Assembly (NCBI GenBank): GCA_964016885.1
Contig: OZ024743.1
Span: 208,878,001 to 208,942,000 of the forward strand
Direction: 5' to 3'
DNA: 64,000 nucleotides
Source: Eledone cirrhosa
Taxonomy: Eukaryota
A model generated the notes under the pieces. That model was not told the origin of the DNA. It was given only the letters and a program-made list of their open reading frames with translations, and did no database searches. Position 1 is the first letter of the stretch. The number at the start of each line of letters is the position of its first letter. Positions 15,501-32,400 of this stretch are shown in pieces. Position numbers and translations under genes: made by a program.

Positions 15501-18500
15501 ACAGACGAGAGCTCTTCACTCCATAAGATATACCACAGTTTACCATCCTATAGCCAGATGAAAGCTCTTCACTCCATAAGATATACCACAGTTTACCATC
15601 CTATAGCCACAGATGAAAGCTCTTCACTCCATAAGATATACCACAGTTTACCATCCTATAGTCACACATGAAAGCTCTTCACTCCTTAAGATATACCACA
15701 GTTTACCATCCTATAGCCAGATGAAAGCTCTTCACTCCATAAGATATACCACAGTTTACCATCCTATAGCCACAGATGAAAGCTCTTCACTCCATAAGAT
15801 ATACCACAGTTTAACATCCTATAGCCACAGATGAAAGCTGTTCACTCCATAAGATATACCACAGTTTACCATCCTATAGCCACACATGAAAGCTCTTCAC
15901 TCCATAAGATATACCACAGTTTACCATCCTATAGCCACACATGGAAGCTCTTCACTCCATGAGATATACCACAGTTTACCATCCTATAGCCACACATGAA
16001 AGCTCTTCACCCCATAAGATATACCACAGTTTACCATCCTATAGCCAGATGAAAGCTCTTCACTCCATAAGATATACCACAGTTTACCATCCTATAGCCA
16101 CAAATGAAAGCTCTTCACTCCATAAGATATACCAAAGTTTACCATCCTATAGCCAGATGAAAGCTCTTCACTCCATAAGATATACCACAGTTTACCATCC
16201 TATAGCCAGATGAAAGTTCTTCACTCCATAAGATATACCATAGTTTACCATCCTATAGCCAGATGAAAGCTCTTCACTCCATAAGATATACCACAGTTTA
16301 CCATCCTATAGCCACACATGAAAGCTCTTCATTCCATAACATATACCACAGTTTACCATCATATAACCACAGATGAAAGCTCTTCACTCCATAAGATATA
16401 CCACAGTTTACCATCCTATAGCCACACATGGAAGCTCTTCACTCCATAACATATACCACAGTTTACCATCCTATAGCCAGATGAAAGTTCTTCACTCCAT
16501 AAGATATACCACAGTTTACCATCCTATATCCAGATGAAAGCTCTTCACTCCATAAGATATACCACAGTTTACCATCCTATAGCCACGCATGAAAGCTCTT
16601 CACTCCATAAGACATACCACAGTTTTCCATCCTATAGCCACACATGAAATCTCTTCACTCCATAAGATATACCACAGTTTACCATTCTATAGCCACAGAT
16701 GAAAGCTCTTCACTCCATAAGATATACCACAGTTTACGATCCTATAGCCACAGATGAGAGCTCTTCACTCCATAACATATACCACAGTTTACCATCCTAT
16801 AGCCACACATGAGAGCTCTTCACTCCATAAGATATACCACAGTTTACCATCCTATAGCCACACATGAAAGCTCTTCACTCCATAAGATATACCACAGTTT
16901 ACCATCCTATAGCCAGATGAAAGCTTTTCACTCCATAAGATATACCACAGTTTACCATCCTATAGCCACACATGAAAGATCTTCACTCCATAAGATATAC
17001 CACAGTTCACCATCCTATAGCCACACATGAAAGCTATTCACTCCATAAGATATACCACAGTTTACTATCCTATAGCCACAGATGAAAGCTCTTCACTCCA
17101 TAAGATATACCACAGTTTACCATCCTATAGCCACACATGAAAGATCTTCACTCCATAAGATATACCACAGTTCACCATCCTATAGCCACACATGAAAGCT
17201 CTTCACTCCATAAGATATACCACAGTTTACCATCCTATAGCCAGAGATGAAAGCTCTTCACTCCATAAGATATACCACAGTTTACCATACTATAGTCACA
17301 CATGAAAGCTCTTCACTCCATAAGATATACCACAATTTACCATCCTATGGCCACAGATGAAAGCTCTTCACTCCATAAGATATACCACAGTTTACCATCC
17401 TATAGCCACACATGAAAGCTCTTCACTCCATAAGATATACCACAGTTTACCATCCTATAGCCACGCTACGGATGAAAGCTCTTCACTCCATAAGATATAC
17501 CACAGTTTACCATCCTATAGCCACACATGAAAGCTCTTCACTCCATGAGATATATCACAGTTTAACATCCTATCGCCACAGATGAAAGGTCTTCACTCCA
17601 TAATATATACCACAGTTTACTATCCTATAGACAGATGAAAGCTCTTCACTCCATAAGATATACCACAGTTTACCATCCTATAGCCACAGATGAAATCTCT
17701 TCACTCCATAAGATATACCACAGTTTACCATCCTACAGCCACGCCACGGATGAATGCTCTTCACTCCATAAGATATACCACAGTTTACCATCCTATAGCC
17801 ACAGATGAAAGCTCTTCACTCCATAAGATATACCACAGTTTACCATCCTATAGTCACACATGAAAGCTCTTCACTCCTTAAGATATACCACAGTTTACCA
17901 TCCTAAAGCCACACATGAAAGCTCTTCACTCCATAAGATATACCACAGTTTACCATCCTATAGCCACACATGGAAGCTCTTCACTCCATAAGATATACCA
18001 CAGTTTACCATCCTATAGCCACACATGAAAGCTCTTCACTCCATAAGATATACACACAGTTTACCATCCTATAGCCACAGATGAAAGCTCTTCACTCCAT
18101 AAGATATACCACAGTTTACCATCCTATAGACACACATGAGAGCTCTTCACTCCATAACATATACCACAGTTTACCATCCTATAGACACACACGAGAGCTC
18201 TTCACTCCATAAGATATACCACAGTTTACCATCCTATAGCCACACATGAGAGCTCTTCACTCCATAAGATATACCACAGTTTACCATCCTATAGCCACAC
18301 ATGAAAGCTCTTCACTCCATAAGATATACCACAGTTTCCAGTCCTATAGCCACAGATGAAAGCTCTTCACTCCATAAAATATACCACAGTTTACCATCCT
18401 ATAGCCACACATGAAAGCTCTTCACTCCATAAGATATACCACAGTTTACCATCCTATAGCCACAGATGAAAGCTCTTCACTCCATAAGATATACCACAGT

Positions 18501-21500
18501 TTACCATCCTATAGCCAGATGAAAGCTCTTCACTCCATAAGATATACCACAGTTTACCATCCTATAGCCACACATGAAAGCTCTTCACTCCATAAGATAT
18601 ACCACAGTTTACCATCCTATAGCCACACATGAAATCTCTTCACTCCATAAGATATACCACAGTTTACCATCCTATAGCTACAGATGAAAGCACTTCACTC
18701 CATAAGATATACCACAGTTTACGATCCTATAGCCACAGATAAAAGCTCTTCACTCCATAACATATACCACATTTTACCATCCTATAGCCACACATGAGAG
18801 CTCTTCACTCCATAAGATATACCACAGCTTACCATCCTATAGCCACACATGAAAGCTCTTCACTCCATAAGATATACCACAGTTTACCATCCTATAGCCA
18901 CACATGAAAGATCTTCACTCCATAAGATATACCACAGTTCACCATCCTATAGCCACACATGAAATCTCTTTACTCAATAAGATATACCACAGTTTACCAT
19001 CCTATAGCCACAGATGAAAGCTCTTCACTCCATAAGATATACCTCAGTTTACCATCCTATAGTCACACATGAAAGCTCTTAACTCCATGAGATAAACCAC
19101 AGTTTACCATCCTATGGCCACAGATGAAAGCTCTTCACACCATAAGATATACCACAGTTTACCATCCTATAGCCACATATGAAAGCTCTTCACTCCATAA
19201 GATATACCACAGTTTACCATCCTATGGCCACACATGAAAGCTCTTCACTCAATAAGATATACCACTGTTTACCATACTATAGCCACAAATGAAAGCTCTT
19301 CACTCCATAAGATATACCAAAGTTTACCGTCCTATAGCAAGATGAAAGTTCTTCACTCCATAAGATATACCACAGTTTACCATCCTATAGCCAGATGAAA
19401 GCTCTTCACTCCATAAGATATACCACACTTTACCATCTTATAGCCACACATGAAAGCTCTTCGCTCCATAAGATATAACACAGTTTACCATCCTATAGCC
19501 ACAGATGAAAGTTCTTCACTCCATAAGATATACCACAGTTTACCGTCCTATAGCCACAGATGAAAGCTCTTCACTCCATAAGATATACCACAGTTTACCA
19601 TCCTATAGCCACACATGAAAGCTCTTCACTCCATAAGATATACCACAGTTTACCATCCTATAGCCACAGATGAAAGCTCTTCCCTCCATAAGATATACCA
19701 CAGTTTACCATCCTAAAGACACACATGAGAGCTCTTCACTCCATAACATATACCACAGTTTACCATCATATAGACACACACGAGAGCTCTTCACTCCATA
19801 ATATATACCACAGTTTACCATCCTATAGCCACACATGAGAGCTCTTCACTCCATAAGATATACCACAGTTTACCATCCTATAGCCACAGATGAAAGCTCT
19901 TCACTCCATAAGATATACCACAGTTTACCATCCTATAGCCAGATGAAAGTTCTTCACTCCATAAGATATACCACAGTCTACCATCCTATAGCCAGATGAA
20001 AGCTCTTCACTCCATAAGATATACCACAGTTCACCATCCTATAGCCACGCATGAAGGCTCTTCACTCCATAAGATATACCACAGTTTACCATCCTATAGC
20101 CACACATGAAAGCTCTTCACTCCATAAGATATACCACAGTTTACCATCCTATAGCCACAGATGAAAGCTATTCCCTCCATAAGATATACCACAGTTTACC
20201 ATCCTATAGACACACATGAGAGCTCTTCACTCCATAACATATACCACAGTTTACCATCATATAGACACACACGAGAGCTCTTCACTCCATAAGATATACC
20301 ACAGTTTACCATCCTATAGCCACACATGAAAGCTCTTCACTCCATAAGATATACCACAGTTTACCATCCTATAGCCACACATGAAATCTCTTCACTCCAT
20401 AAGATATACCACAGTTTACCATCCTATAGCCACAGATGAAAGCACTTCACTCCATAAGATATAGCACAGTTTACCATCCTATAGCCACAGATGAAAGCTC
20501 TTCACTCCATAAGATATACCACAGTTTACCATCCTATAGCCAGATGAAAGCTCTTCACTCCATAAGATATACCACAGTTTACCATCCTATAGCCACGCAT
20601 GAAAGCTCTTCACTCCATAAGATATACCACAGTTTACCATCCTATAGCCACACATGAAATCTCTTCACTCCATAAGATATACCACAGTTTACCATCCTAT
20701 AGCCACAGATGAAAGCTCTTCACTCCATAAGATATACCACAGTTTACGATCCTATAGCCACAGATAAAAGCTCTTCACTCCATAACATATACCACAGTTT
20801 ACCATCCTATAGCCACACATGAGAGCTCTTCACTCCATAAGATATACCACAGCTTACCATCCTATAGCCACACATGAAAGCTCTTCACTCCATAAGATAT
20901 ACCACAGTTTACCATCCTATAGCCCGATGAAAGCTTTTCACTCCATATGATATACCACAGTTTACAATCCTATAGCCACACATTAAAGATCTTCACTCCA
21001 TAAGATATACCACAGTTCACCATCCTATAGCCACACATGAAAGCTCTTCACTCCATAAGATATACCACAGTTTACCATCCTATAGCCACAGATGAAAGCT
21101 CTTCACTCCATCAGATATACCTCAGTTTACCATCCTATAGTCACACATGAAAGCTCTACACTCCATAAGATATACCACAGTTTACCATCCTATAGCCACA
21201 CATGAAAGCTCTTCACTCCATAAGATATACCACAGTTTACCATCCTAGAGCCACAGATGAAAGCTCTTCACTCCATAAGATATACCACAGTTTACCATCC
21301 TATGGCTAGAGATGAAAGCTCTTCACTCTATAGGATATACCACAGTTTACCATCCTATAGCGACACATGAAAGCTCTTCACTTCATAAGTTATACCACAG
21401 TTTAACATCCTTTCGCCACAGACGAGAGCTCTTCACTCCATAAGATATACCACAGTTTACCATCCTATAGCCAGATGAAAGCTCTTCACTCCATAAGATA

Positions 21501-23935
21501 TACCACAGTTTACCATCCTATAGCCACAGATGAAAGCTCTTCACTCCATAAGATATACCACAGTTTACCATCCTATAGTCACACATGAAAGCTCTTCACT
21601 CCTTAAGATATACCACAGTTTACCATCCTATAGCCAGATGAAAGCTCTTCACTCCATAAGATATACCACAGTTTACCATCCTATAGCCACAGATGAAAGC
21701 TCTTCACTCCATAAGATATACCACAGTTTAACATCCTATAGCCACAGATGAAAGCTGTTCACTCCATAAGATATACCACAGTTTACCATCCTATAGCCAC
21801 ACATGAAAGCTCTTCACTCCATAAGATATACCACAGTTTACCATCCTATAGCCACACATGGAAGCTCTTCACTCCATGAGATATACCACAGTTTACCATC
21901 CTATAGCCACACATGAAAGCTCTTCACCCCATAAGATATACCACAGTTTACCATCCTATAGCCAGATGAAAGCTCTTCACTCCATAAGATATACCACAGT
22001 TTACCATCCTATAGCCACAAATGAAAGCTCTTCACTCCATAAGATATACCAAAGTTTACCATCCTATAGCCAGATGAAAGCTCTTCACTCCATAAGATAT
22101 ACCACAGTTTACCATCCTATAGCCAGATGAAAGTTCTTCACTCCATAAGATATACCATAGTTTACCATCCTATAGCCAGATGAAAGCTCTTCACTCCATA
22201 AGATATACCACAGTTTACCATCCTATAGCCACACATGAAAGCTCTTCATTCCATAACATATACCACAGTTTACCATCATATAACCACAGATGAAAGCTCT
22301 TCACTCCATAAGATATACCACAGTTTACCATCCTATAGCCACACATGGAAGCTCTTCACTCCATAACATATACCACAGTTTACCATCCTATAGCCAGATG
22401 AAAGTTCTTCACTCCATAAGATATACCACAGTTTACCATCCTATATCCAGATGAAAGCTCTTCACTCCATAAGATATACCACAGTTTACCATCCTATAGC
22501 CACGCATGAAAGCTCTTCACTCCATAAGACATACCACAGTTTTCCATCCTATAGCCACACATGAAATCTCTTCACTCCATAAGATATACCACAGTTTACC
22601 ATTCTATAGCCACAGATGAAAGCTCTTCACTCCATAAGATATACCACAGTTTACGATCCTATAGCCACAGATGAGAGCTCTTCACTCCATAACATATACC
22701 ACAGTTTACCATCCTATAGCCACACATGAGAGCTCTTCACTCCATAAGATATACCACAGTTTACCATCCTATAGCCACACATGAAAGCTCTTCACTCCAT
22801 AAGATATACCACAGTTTACCATCCTATAGCCAGATGAAAGCTTTTCACTCCATAAGATATACCACAGTTTACCATCCTATAGCCACACATGAAAGATCTT
22901 CACTCCATAAGATATACCACAGTTCACCATCCTATAGCCACACATGAAAGCTATTCACTCCATAAGATATACCACAGTTTACTATCCTATAGCCACAGAT
23001 GAAAGCTCTTCACTCCATAAGATATACCACAGTTTACCATCCTATAGCCACACATGAAAGATCTTCACTCCATAAGATATACCACAGTTCACCATCCTAT
23101 AGCCACACATGAAAGCTCTTCACTCCATAAGATATACCACAGTTTACCATCCTATAGCCAGAGATGAAAGCTCTTCACTCCATAAGATATACCACAGTTT
23201 ACCATACTATAGTCACACATGAAAGCTCTTCACTCCATAAGATATACCACAATTTACCATCCTATGGCCACAGATGAAAGCTCTTCACTCCATAAGATAT
23301 ACCACAGTTTACCATCCTATAGCCACACATGAAAGCTCTTCACTCCATAAGATATACCACAGTTTACCATCCTATAGCCACGCTACGGATGAAAGCTCTT
23401 CACTCCATAAGATATACCACAGTTTACCATCCTATAGCCACACATGAAAGCTCTTCACTCCATGAGATATATCACAGTTTAACATCCTATCGCCACAGAT
23501 GAAAGGTCTTCACTCCATAATATATACCACAGTTTACTATCCTATAGACAGATGAAAGCTCTTCACTCCATAAGATATACCACAGTTTACCATCCTATAG
23601 CCACAGATGAAATCTCTTCACTCCATAAGATATACCACAGTTTACCATCCTACAGCCACGCCACGGATGAATGCTCTTCACTCCATAAGATATACCACAG
23701 TTTACCATCCTATAGCCACAGATGAAAGCTCTTCACTCCATAAGATATACCACAGTTTACCATCCTATAGTCACACATGAAAGCTCTTCACTCCTTAAGA
23801 TATACCACAGTTTACCATCCTAAAGCCACACATGAAAGCTCTTCACTCCATAAGATATACCACAGTTTACCATCCTATAGCCACACATGGAAGCTCTTCA
23901 CTCCATAAGATATACCACAGTTTACCATCCTATAG
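12060..23935. repeat. Higher-order tandem duplication, period 5917 bp (about 108 monomers), 2 near-identical copies
   Basis: Private variants recur at +5917: atatacacacag (about 12131/18048), gagataaacc (about 13172/19089), tagcccgatg (about 15003/20920) and gccacgctacgg (17460/23377). Five ORF pairs (12494/18411 to 16809/22726) differ by 5917. Confidence 0.95.
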
Positions 23936-24699
23936 CCACGCATGAAAGCTCTTCACTCCATAAGATATACCACAGTTTACCATCCTATAGCCACACATGA
24001 AATCTCTTCACTCCATAAGATATACCACAGTTTACCATCCTATAGCCACAGATGAAAGCTCTTCACTCCATAAGATATACCACAGTTTACGATCCTATAG
24101 CCACAGATAAAAGCTCTTCACTCCATAACATATACCACAGTTTACCATCCTATAGCCACACATGAGAGCTCTTCACTCCATAAGATATACCACAGCTTAC
24201 CATCCTATAGCCACACATGAAAGCTCTTCACTCCATAAGATATACCACAGTTTACCATCCTATAGCCAGATGAAAGCTTTTCACTCCATAAGATATACCA
24301 CAGTTTACCATCCTATAGCCACACATGAAAGATCTTCACTCCATAAGATATACCACAGTTCACCATCCTATAGCCACACATGAAAGCTCTTCACTCCATA
24401 AGATATACCACAGTTTACCATCCTATAGCCACAGATGAAAGCTCTTCACTCCATAAGATATACCTCAGTTTACCATCCTATAGTCACACATGAAAGCTCT
24501 TAACTCCATAAGATATACCACAGTTTACCATCCTATGGCCACAGATGAAAGCTCTTCACACCATAAGATATACCACAGTTTACCATCCTATAGCCACATA
24601 TGAAAGCTCTTCACTCCATAAGATATACCACAGTTTACCATCCTATGGCCACACATGAAAGCTCTTCACTCAATAAGATATACCACTGTTTACCATACT

Positions 24700-27600
24700 A
24701 TAGCCACAAATGAAAGCTCTTCACTCCATAAGATATACCAAAGTTTACCGTCCTATAGCCAGATGAAAGTTCTTCACTCCATAAGATATACCACAGTTTA
24801 CCATCCTATAGCCAGATGAAAGCTCTTCACTCCATAAGATATACCACAGTTTACCATCTTATAGCCACACATGAAAGCTCTTCGCTTCATAAGATATACC
24901 ACAGTTTACCATCCTATAGCCACAGATGAAAGTTCTTCACTCCATAAGATATACCACAGTTTACCATCCTATAGCCACAGATGAAAGCTCTTCACTCCAT
25001 AAGATATACCACAGTTTACCATCCTATAGCCACACATGAGAGCTCTTCACTCCATAAGATATACCACAGTTTACCATCCTATAGCCATACATGAAAGCTC
25101 TTCCCTCCATAAGATATACCACAGTTTACCATCCTATAGACACACATGAGAGCTCTTCACTCCATAACATATACCATAGTTTACCATCATATAGACACAC
25201 ACGAGAGCTCTTCACTCCATAAGATATACCACAGTTTACCATCCTATAGCCACACATGAGAGCTCTTCACTCCATAAGATATACCACAGTTTACCATCCT
25301 ATAGACACACATGAGAGCTCTTCACTCCATAACATATACCACAGTTTACCATCATATAGACACACACGAGAGCTCTTCACTCCATAAGATATACCACAGT
25401 TTACCATCCTATAGCCACACATGAGAGCTCTTCACTCCATAAGATATACCACAGTTTACCATCCTATAGCCACACATGAAAGCTCTTCACTCCATAAGAT
25501 ATACCACAGTTTACCATCCTATAGCCAGATGAAAGTTCTTCACTCCATAAGATATACCACAGTCTACCATCCTATAGCCAGATGAAAGCTCTTCACTCCA
25601 TAAGATATACCACAGTTCACCATCCTATAGCCACGCATGAAAGCTCTTCACTCCATAAGATATACCACAGTTTACCATCCTATAGCCACACATGAAAGCT
25701 CTTCACTCCATAAGATATACCACAGTTTACCATCCTATAGCCACAGATGAAAGCTATTCCCTCCATAAGATATACCACAGTTTACCATCCTATAGACACA
25801 CATGAGAGCTCTTCACTCCATAACATATACCACAGTTTACCATCATATAGACACACACGAGAGCTCTTCACTCCATAAGATATACCACAGTTTACCATCC
25901 TATAGCCACACATGAAAGCTCTTCACTCCATAAGATATACCACAGTTTCCAGTCCTATAGCCACAGATGAAAGCTCTTCACTCCATAAGATATACCACAG
26001 TTTACCATCCTATAGCCACACATGAAAGCTCTTCACTCCATAAGATATACCACAGTTTACCATCCTATAGCCACAGATGAAAGCTCTTCACTCCATAAGA
26101 TATACCACAGTTTACCATCCTATAGCCAGATGAAAGCTCTTCACTCCATAAGATATACCACAGTTTACCATCCTATAGCCACGCATGAAAGCTCTTCACT
26201 CCATAAGATATACCACAGTTTACCATCCTATAGCCACACATGAAATCTCTTCACTCCATAAGATATACCACAGTTTACCATCCTATAGCCACAGATGAAA
26301 GCTCTTCACTCCATAAGATATACCACAGTTTACGATCCTATAGCCACAGATAAAAGCTCTTCACTCCATAACATATACCACAGTTTACCATCCTATAGCC
26401 ACACATGAGAGCTCTTCACTCCATAAGATATACCACAGCTTACCATCCTATAGCCACACATGAAAGCTCTTCACTCCATAAGATATACCACAGTTTACCA
26501 TCCTATAGCCAGATGAAAGCTTTTCACTCCATATGATATACCACAGTTTACCATCCTATAGCCACACATGAAAGATCTTCACTCCATAAGATATACCACA
26601 GTTCACCATCCTATAGCCACACATGAAAGCTCTTCACTCCATAAGATATACCACAGTTTACCATCCTATAGCCACAGATGAAAGCTCTTCACTCCATAAG
26701 ATATACCTCAGTTTACCATCCTATAGTCACACATGAAAGCTCTACACTCCATAAGATATACCACAGTTTACCATCCTATAGCCACACATGAAAGCTCTTC
26801 ACTCCATAAGATATACCACAGTTTACCATCCTAGAGCCACAGATGAAAGCTCTTCACTCCATAAGATATACCACAGTTTACCATCCTATGGCTAGAGATG
26901 AAAGCTCTTCACTCTATAGGATATACCACAGTTTACCATCCTATAGCGACACATGAAAGCTCTTCACTCCATAAGTTATACCACAGTTTACCATCCGATA
27001 GCCACAAATGAGAGCTCTTCACTCCATAAGATATACCACAGTTTACCATCCTATAGCCACACATGAAAGCTCTTCACTCCATGAGATATACCACAGTTTA
27101 ACATCCTTTCGCCACAGACGAGAGCTCTTCACTCCATAAGATATACCACAGTTTACCATCCTATAGCCAGATGAAAGCTCTTCACTCCATAAGATATACC
27201 ACAGTTTACCATCCTATAGCCACAGATGAAAGCTCTTCACTCCATAAGATATACCACAGTTTACCATCCTATAGTCACACATGAAAGCTCTTCACTCCTT
27301 AAGATATACCACAGTTTACCATCCTATAGCCAGATGAAAGCTCTTCACTCCATAAGATATACCACAGTTTACCATCCTATAGCCACAGATGAAAGCTCTT
27401 CACTCCATAAGATATACCACAGTTTAACATCCTATAGCCACAGATGAAAGCTGTTCACTCCATAAGATATACCACAGTTTACCATCCTATAGCCACACAT
27501 GAAAGCTCTTCACTCCATAAGATATACCACAGTTTACCATCCTATAGCCACACATGGAAGCTCTTCACTCCATGAGATATACCACAGTTTACCATCCTAT

Positions 27601-30600
27601 AGCCACACATGAAAGCTCTTCACCCCATAAGATATACCACAGTTTACCATCCTATAGCCAGATGAAAGCTCTTCACTCCATAAGATATACCACAGTTTAC
27701 CATCCTATAGCCACAAATGAAAGCTCTTCACTCCATAAGATATACCAAAGTTTACCATCCTATAGCCAGATGAAAGCTCTTCACTCCATAAGATATACCA
27801 CAGTTTACCATCCTATAGCCAGATGAAAGTTCTTCACTCCATAAGATATACCATAGTTTACCATCCTATAGCCAGATGAAAGCTCTTCACTCCATAAGAT
27901 ATACCACAGTTTACCATCCTATAGCCACACATGAAAGCTCTTCACTCCATAACATATACCACAGTTTACCATCATATAGCCACAGATGAAAGCTCTTCAC
28001 TCCATAAGATATACCACAGTTTACCATCCTATAGCCACACATGAAAGCTCTTCACTCCATAACATATACCACAGTTTACCATCCTATAGCCAGATGAAAG
28101 TTCTTCACTCCATAAGATATACCACAGTTTACCATCCTATATACAGATGAAAGCTCTTCACTCCATAAGATATACCACAGTTTACCATCCTATAGCCACG
28201 CATGAAAGCTCTTCACTCCATAAGACATACCACAGTTTACCATCCTATAGCCACACATGAAATCTCTTCACTCCATAAGATATACCACAGTTTACCATTC
28301 TATAGCCACAGATGAAAGCTCTTCACTCCATAAGATATACCACAGTTTACGATCCTATAGCCACAGATGAGAGCTCTTCACTCCATAACATATACCACAG
28401 TTTACCATCCTATAGCCACACATGAGAGCTCTTCACTCCATAAGATATACCACAGTTTACCATCCTATAGCCACACATGAAAGCTCTTCACTCCATAAGA
28501 TATACCACAGTTTACCATCCTATAGCCAGATGAAAGCTTTTCACTCCATAAGATATACCACAGTTTACCATCCTATAGCCACAAATGAAAGCTCTTCACT
28601 CCATAAGATATACCAAAGTTTACCGTCCTATAGCCAGATGAAAGTTCTTCACTCCATAAGATATACCACAGTTTACCATCCTATAGCCAGATGAAAGCTC
28701 TTCACTCCATAAGATATACCACAGTTTACCATCTTATAGCCACACATGAAAGCTCTTCGCTTCATAAGATATAACACAGTTTACCATCCTATAGCCACAG
28801 ATGAAAGTTCTTCACTCCATAAGATATACCACAGTTTACCATCCTATAGCCACAGATGAAAGCTCTTCACGCCATAAGATATACCACAGTTTACCATCCT
28901 ATAGCCACACATGAGAGCTCTTCACTCCATAAGATATACCACAGTTTACCATCCTATAGCCATACATGAAAGCTCTTCCCTCCATAAGATATACCACAGT
29001 TTACCATCCTATAGACACACATGAGAGCTCTTCACTCCATAACATATACCACAGTTTACCATCATATAGACACACACGAGAGCTCTTCACTCCATAAGAT
29101 ATACCACAGTTTACCATCCTATAGAAACACATGAGAGCTCTTCACTCCATAAGATATACCACAGTTTACCATCCTATAGACACACATGAGAGCTCTTCAC
29201 TCCATAACATATACCACAGTTTACCATCATATAGACACACACGAGAGCTCTTCACTCCATAAGATATACCACAGTTTACCATCCTATAGCCACACATGAG
29301 AGCTCTTCACTCCATAAGATATACCACAGTTTACCATCCTATAGCCACAGATGAAAGCTCTTCACTCCATAAGATATACCACAGTTTACCATCCTATAGC
29401 CAGATGAAAGTTCTTCACTCCATAAGATATACCACAGTCTACCATCCTATAGCCAGATGAAAGCTCTTCACTCCATAAGATATACCACAGTTCACCATCC
29501 TATAGCCACGCATGAAAGCTCTTCACTCCATAAGATATACCACAGTTTACCATCCTATAGCCACACATGAAAGCTCTTCACTCCATAAGATATACCACAG
29601 TTTACCATCCTATAGACACACATGAGAGCTCTTCACTCCATAACATATACCACAGTTTACCATCATATAGACACACACGAGAGCTCTTCACTCCATAAGA
29701 TATACCACAGTTTACCATCCTATAGCCACACATGAAAGCTCTTCACTCCATAAGATATACCACAGTTTCCAGTCCTATAGCCACAGATGAAAGCTCTTCA
29801 CTCCATAAGATATACCACAGTTTACCATCCTATAGCCACACATGAAAGCTCTTCACTCCATAAGATATACCACAGTTTACCATCCTATAGCCACAGATGA
29901 AAGCTCTTCACTCCATAAGATATACCACAGTTTACCATCCTATAGCCAGATGAAAGCTCTTCACTCCATAAGATATACCACAGTTTACCATCCTATAGCC
30001 ACGCATGAAAGCTCTTCACTCCATAAGATATACCACAGTTTACCATCCTATAGCCACACATGAAATCTCTTCACTCCATAAGATATACCACAGTTTACCA
30101 TCCTATAGCCACAGATGAAAGCTCTTCACTCCATAAGATATACCACAGTTTACGATCATATAGCCACAGATAAAAGCTCTTCACTCCATAACATATACCA
30201 CAGTTTACCATCCTATAGCCACACATGAGAGCTCTTCACTCCATAAGATATACCACAGCTTACCATCCTATAGCCACACATGAAAGCTCTTCACTCCATA
30301 AGATATACCACAGTTTACCATCCTATAGCCAGATGAAAGCTTTTCACTCCATATGATATACCACAGTTTACCATCCTATAGCCACACATGAAAGATCTTC
30401 ACTCCATAAGATATACCACAGTTCACCATCCTATAGCCACACATGAAAGCTCTTCACTCCATAAGATATACCACAGTTTACCATCCTATAGCCACAGATG
30501 AAAGCTCTTCACTCCATAAGATATACCTCAGTTTACCATCCTATAGTCACACATGAAAGCTCTACACTCCATAAGATATACCACAGTTTACCATCCTATA

Positions 30601-32400
30601 GCCACACATGAAAGCTCTTCACTCCATAAGATATACCACAGTTTACCATCCTAGAGCCACAGATGAAAGCTCTTCACTCCATAAGATATACCACAGTTTA
30701 CCATCCTATGGCTAGAGATGAAAGCTCTTCACTCTATAGGATATACCACAGTTTACCATCCTATAGCGACACATGAAAGCTCTTCACTCCATCAGTTATA
30801 CCACAGTTTACCATCCGATAGCCACAAATGAGAGCTCTTCACTCCATAAGATATACCACAGTTTACCATCCTATAGCCACACATGAAAGCTCTTCACTCC
30901 ATGAGATATACCACAGTTTAACATCCTTTCGCCACAGACGAGAGCTCTTCACTCCATAAGATATACCACAGTTTACCATCCTATAGCCAGATGAAAGCTC
31001 TTCACTCCATAAGATATACCACAGTTTACCATCCTATAGCCACAGATGAAAGCTCTTCACTCCATAAGATATACCACAGTTTACCATCCTATAGTCACAC
31101 ATGAAAGCTCTTCACTCCTTAAGATATACCACAGTTTACCATCCTATAGCCAGATGAAAGCTCTTCACTCCATAAGATATACCACAGTTTACCATCCTAT
31201 AGCCACAGATGAAAGCTCTTCACTCCATAAGATATACCACAGTTTAACATCCTATAGCCACAGATGAAAGCTGTTCACTCCATAAGATATACCACAGTTT
31301 ACCATCCTATAGCCACACATGAAAGCTCTTCACTCCATAAGATATACCACAGTTTACCATCCTATAGCCACACATGGAAGCTCTTCACTCCATGAGATAT
31401 ACCACAGTTTACCATCCTATAGCCACACATGAAAGCTCTTCACCCCATAAGATATCCCACAGTTTACCATCCTATAGCCAGATGAAAGCTCTTCACTCCA
31501 TAAGATATACCACAGTTTACCATCCTATAGCCACAAATGAAAGCTCTTCACTCCATAAGATATACCAAAGTTTACCATCCTATAGCCAGATGAAAGCTCT
31601 TCACTCCATAAGATATACCACAGTTTACCATCCTATAGCCAGATGAAAGTTCTTCACTCCATAAGATATACCATAGTTTACCATCCTATAGCCAGATGAA
31701 AGCTCTTCACTCCATAAGATATACCACAGTTTACCATCCTATACCCACACATGAAAGCTCTTCACTCCATAACATATACCACAGTTTACCATCATATAGC
31801 CACAGATGAAAGCTCTTCACTCCATAAGATATACCACAGTTTACCAGCCTATAGCCACACAAGAAAGCTCTTCACTCCATAACATATACCACAGTTTACC
31901 ATCCTATAGCCAGATGAAAGTTCTTCACTCCATAAGATATACCACAGTTTACCATCCTATATACAGATGAAAGCTCTTCACTCCATAAGATATACCACAG
32001 TTTACCATCCTATAGCCACGCATGAAAGCTCTTCACTCCATAAGACATACCACAGTTTACCATCCTATAGCCACACATGAAATCTCTTCACTCCATAAGA
32101 TATACCACAGTTTACCATTCTATAGCCACAGATGAAAGCTCTTCACTCCATAAGATATACCACAGTTTACGATCCTATAGCCACAGATGAGAGCTCTTCA
32201 CTCCATAACATATACCACAGTTTACCATCCTATAGCCACACATGAGAGCTCTTCACTCCATAAGATATACCACAGTTTACCATCATATAGCCACACATGA
32301 AAGCTCTTCACTCCATAAGATATACCACAGTTTACCATCCTATAGCCAGATGAAAGCTTTTCACTCCATAAGATATACCACAGTTTACCATCCTATAGCC
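24700..32400. repeat. Higher-order tandem duplication, period 3875 bp shifting to 3820 bp after a one-monomer indel, 2 copies
   Basis: ttcgcttcat recurs at 24881/28756 (+3875). The gctattccctcc monomer at about 25750 has no partner in the second copy. Downstream ORF pairs 26022/29842, 27226/31046, 27554/31374 and 28422/32242 differ by 3820. Confidence 0.85.
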
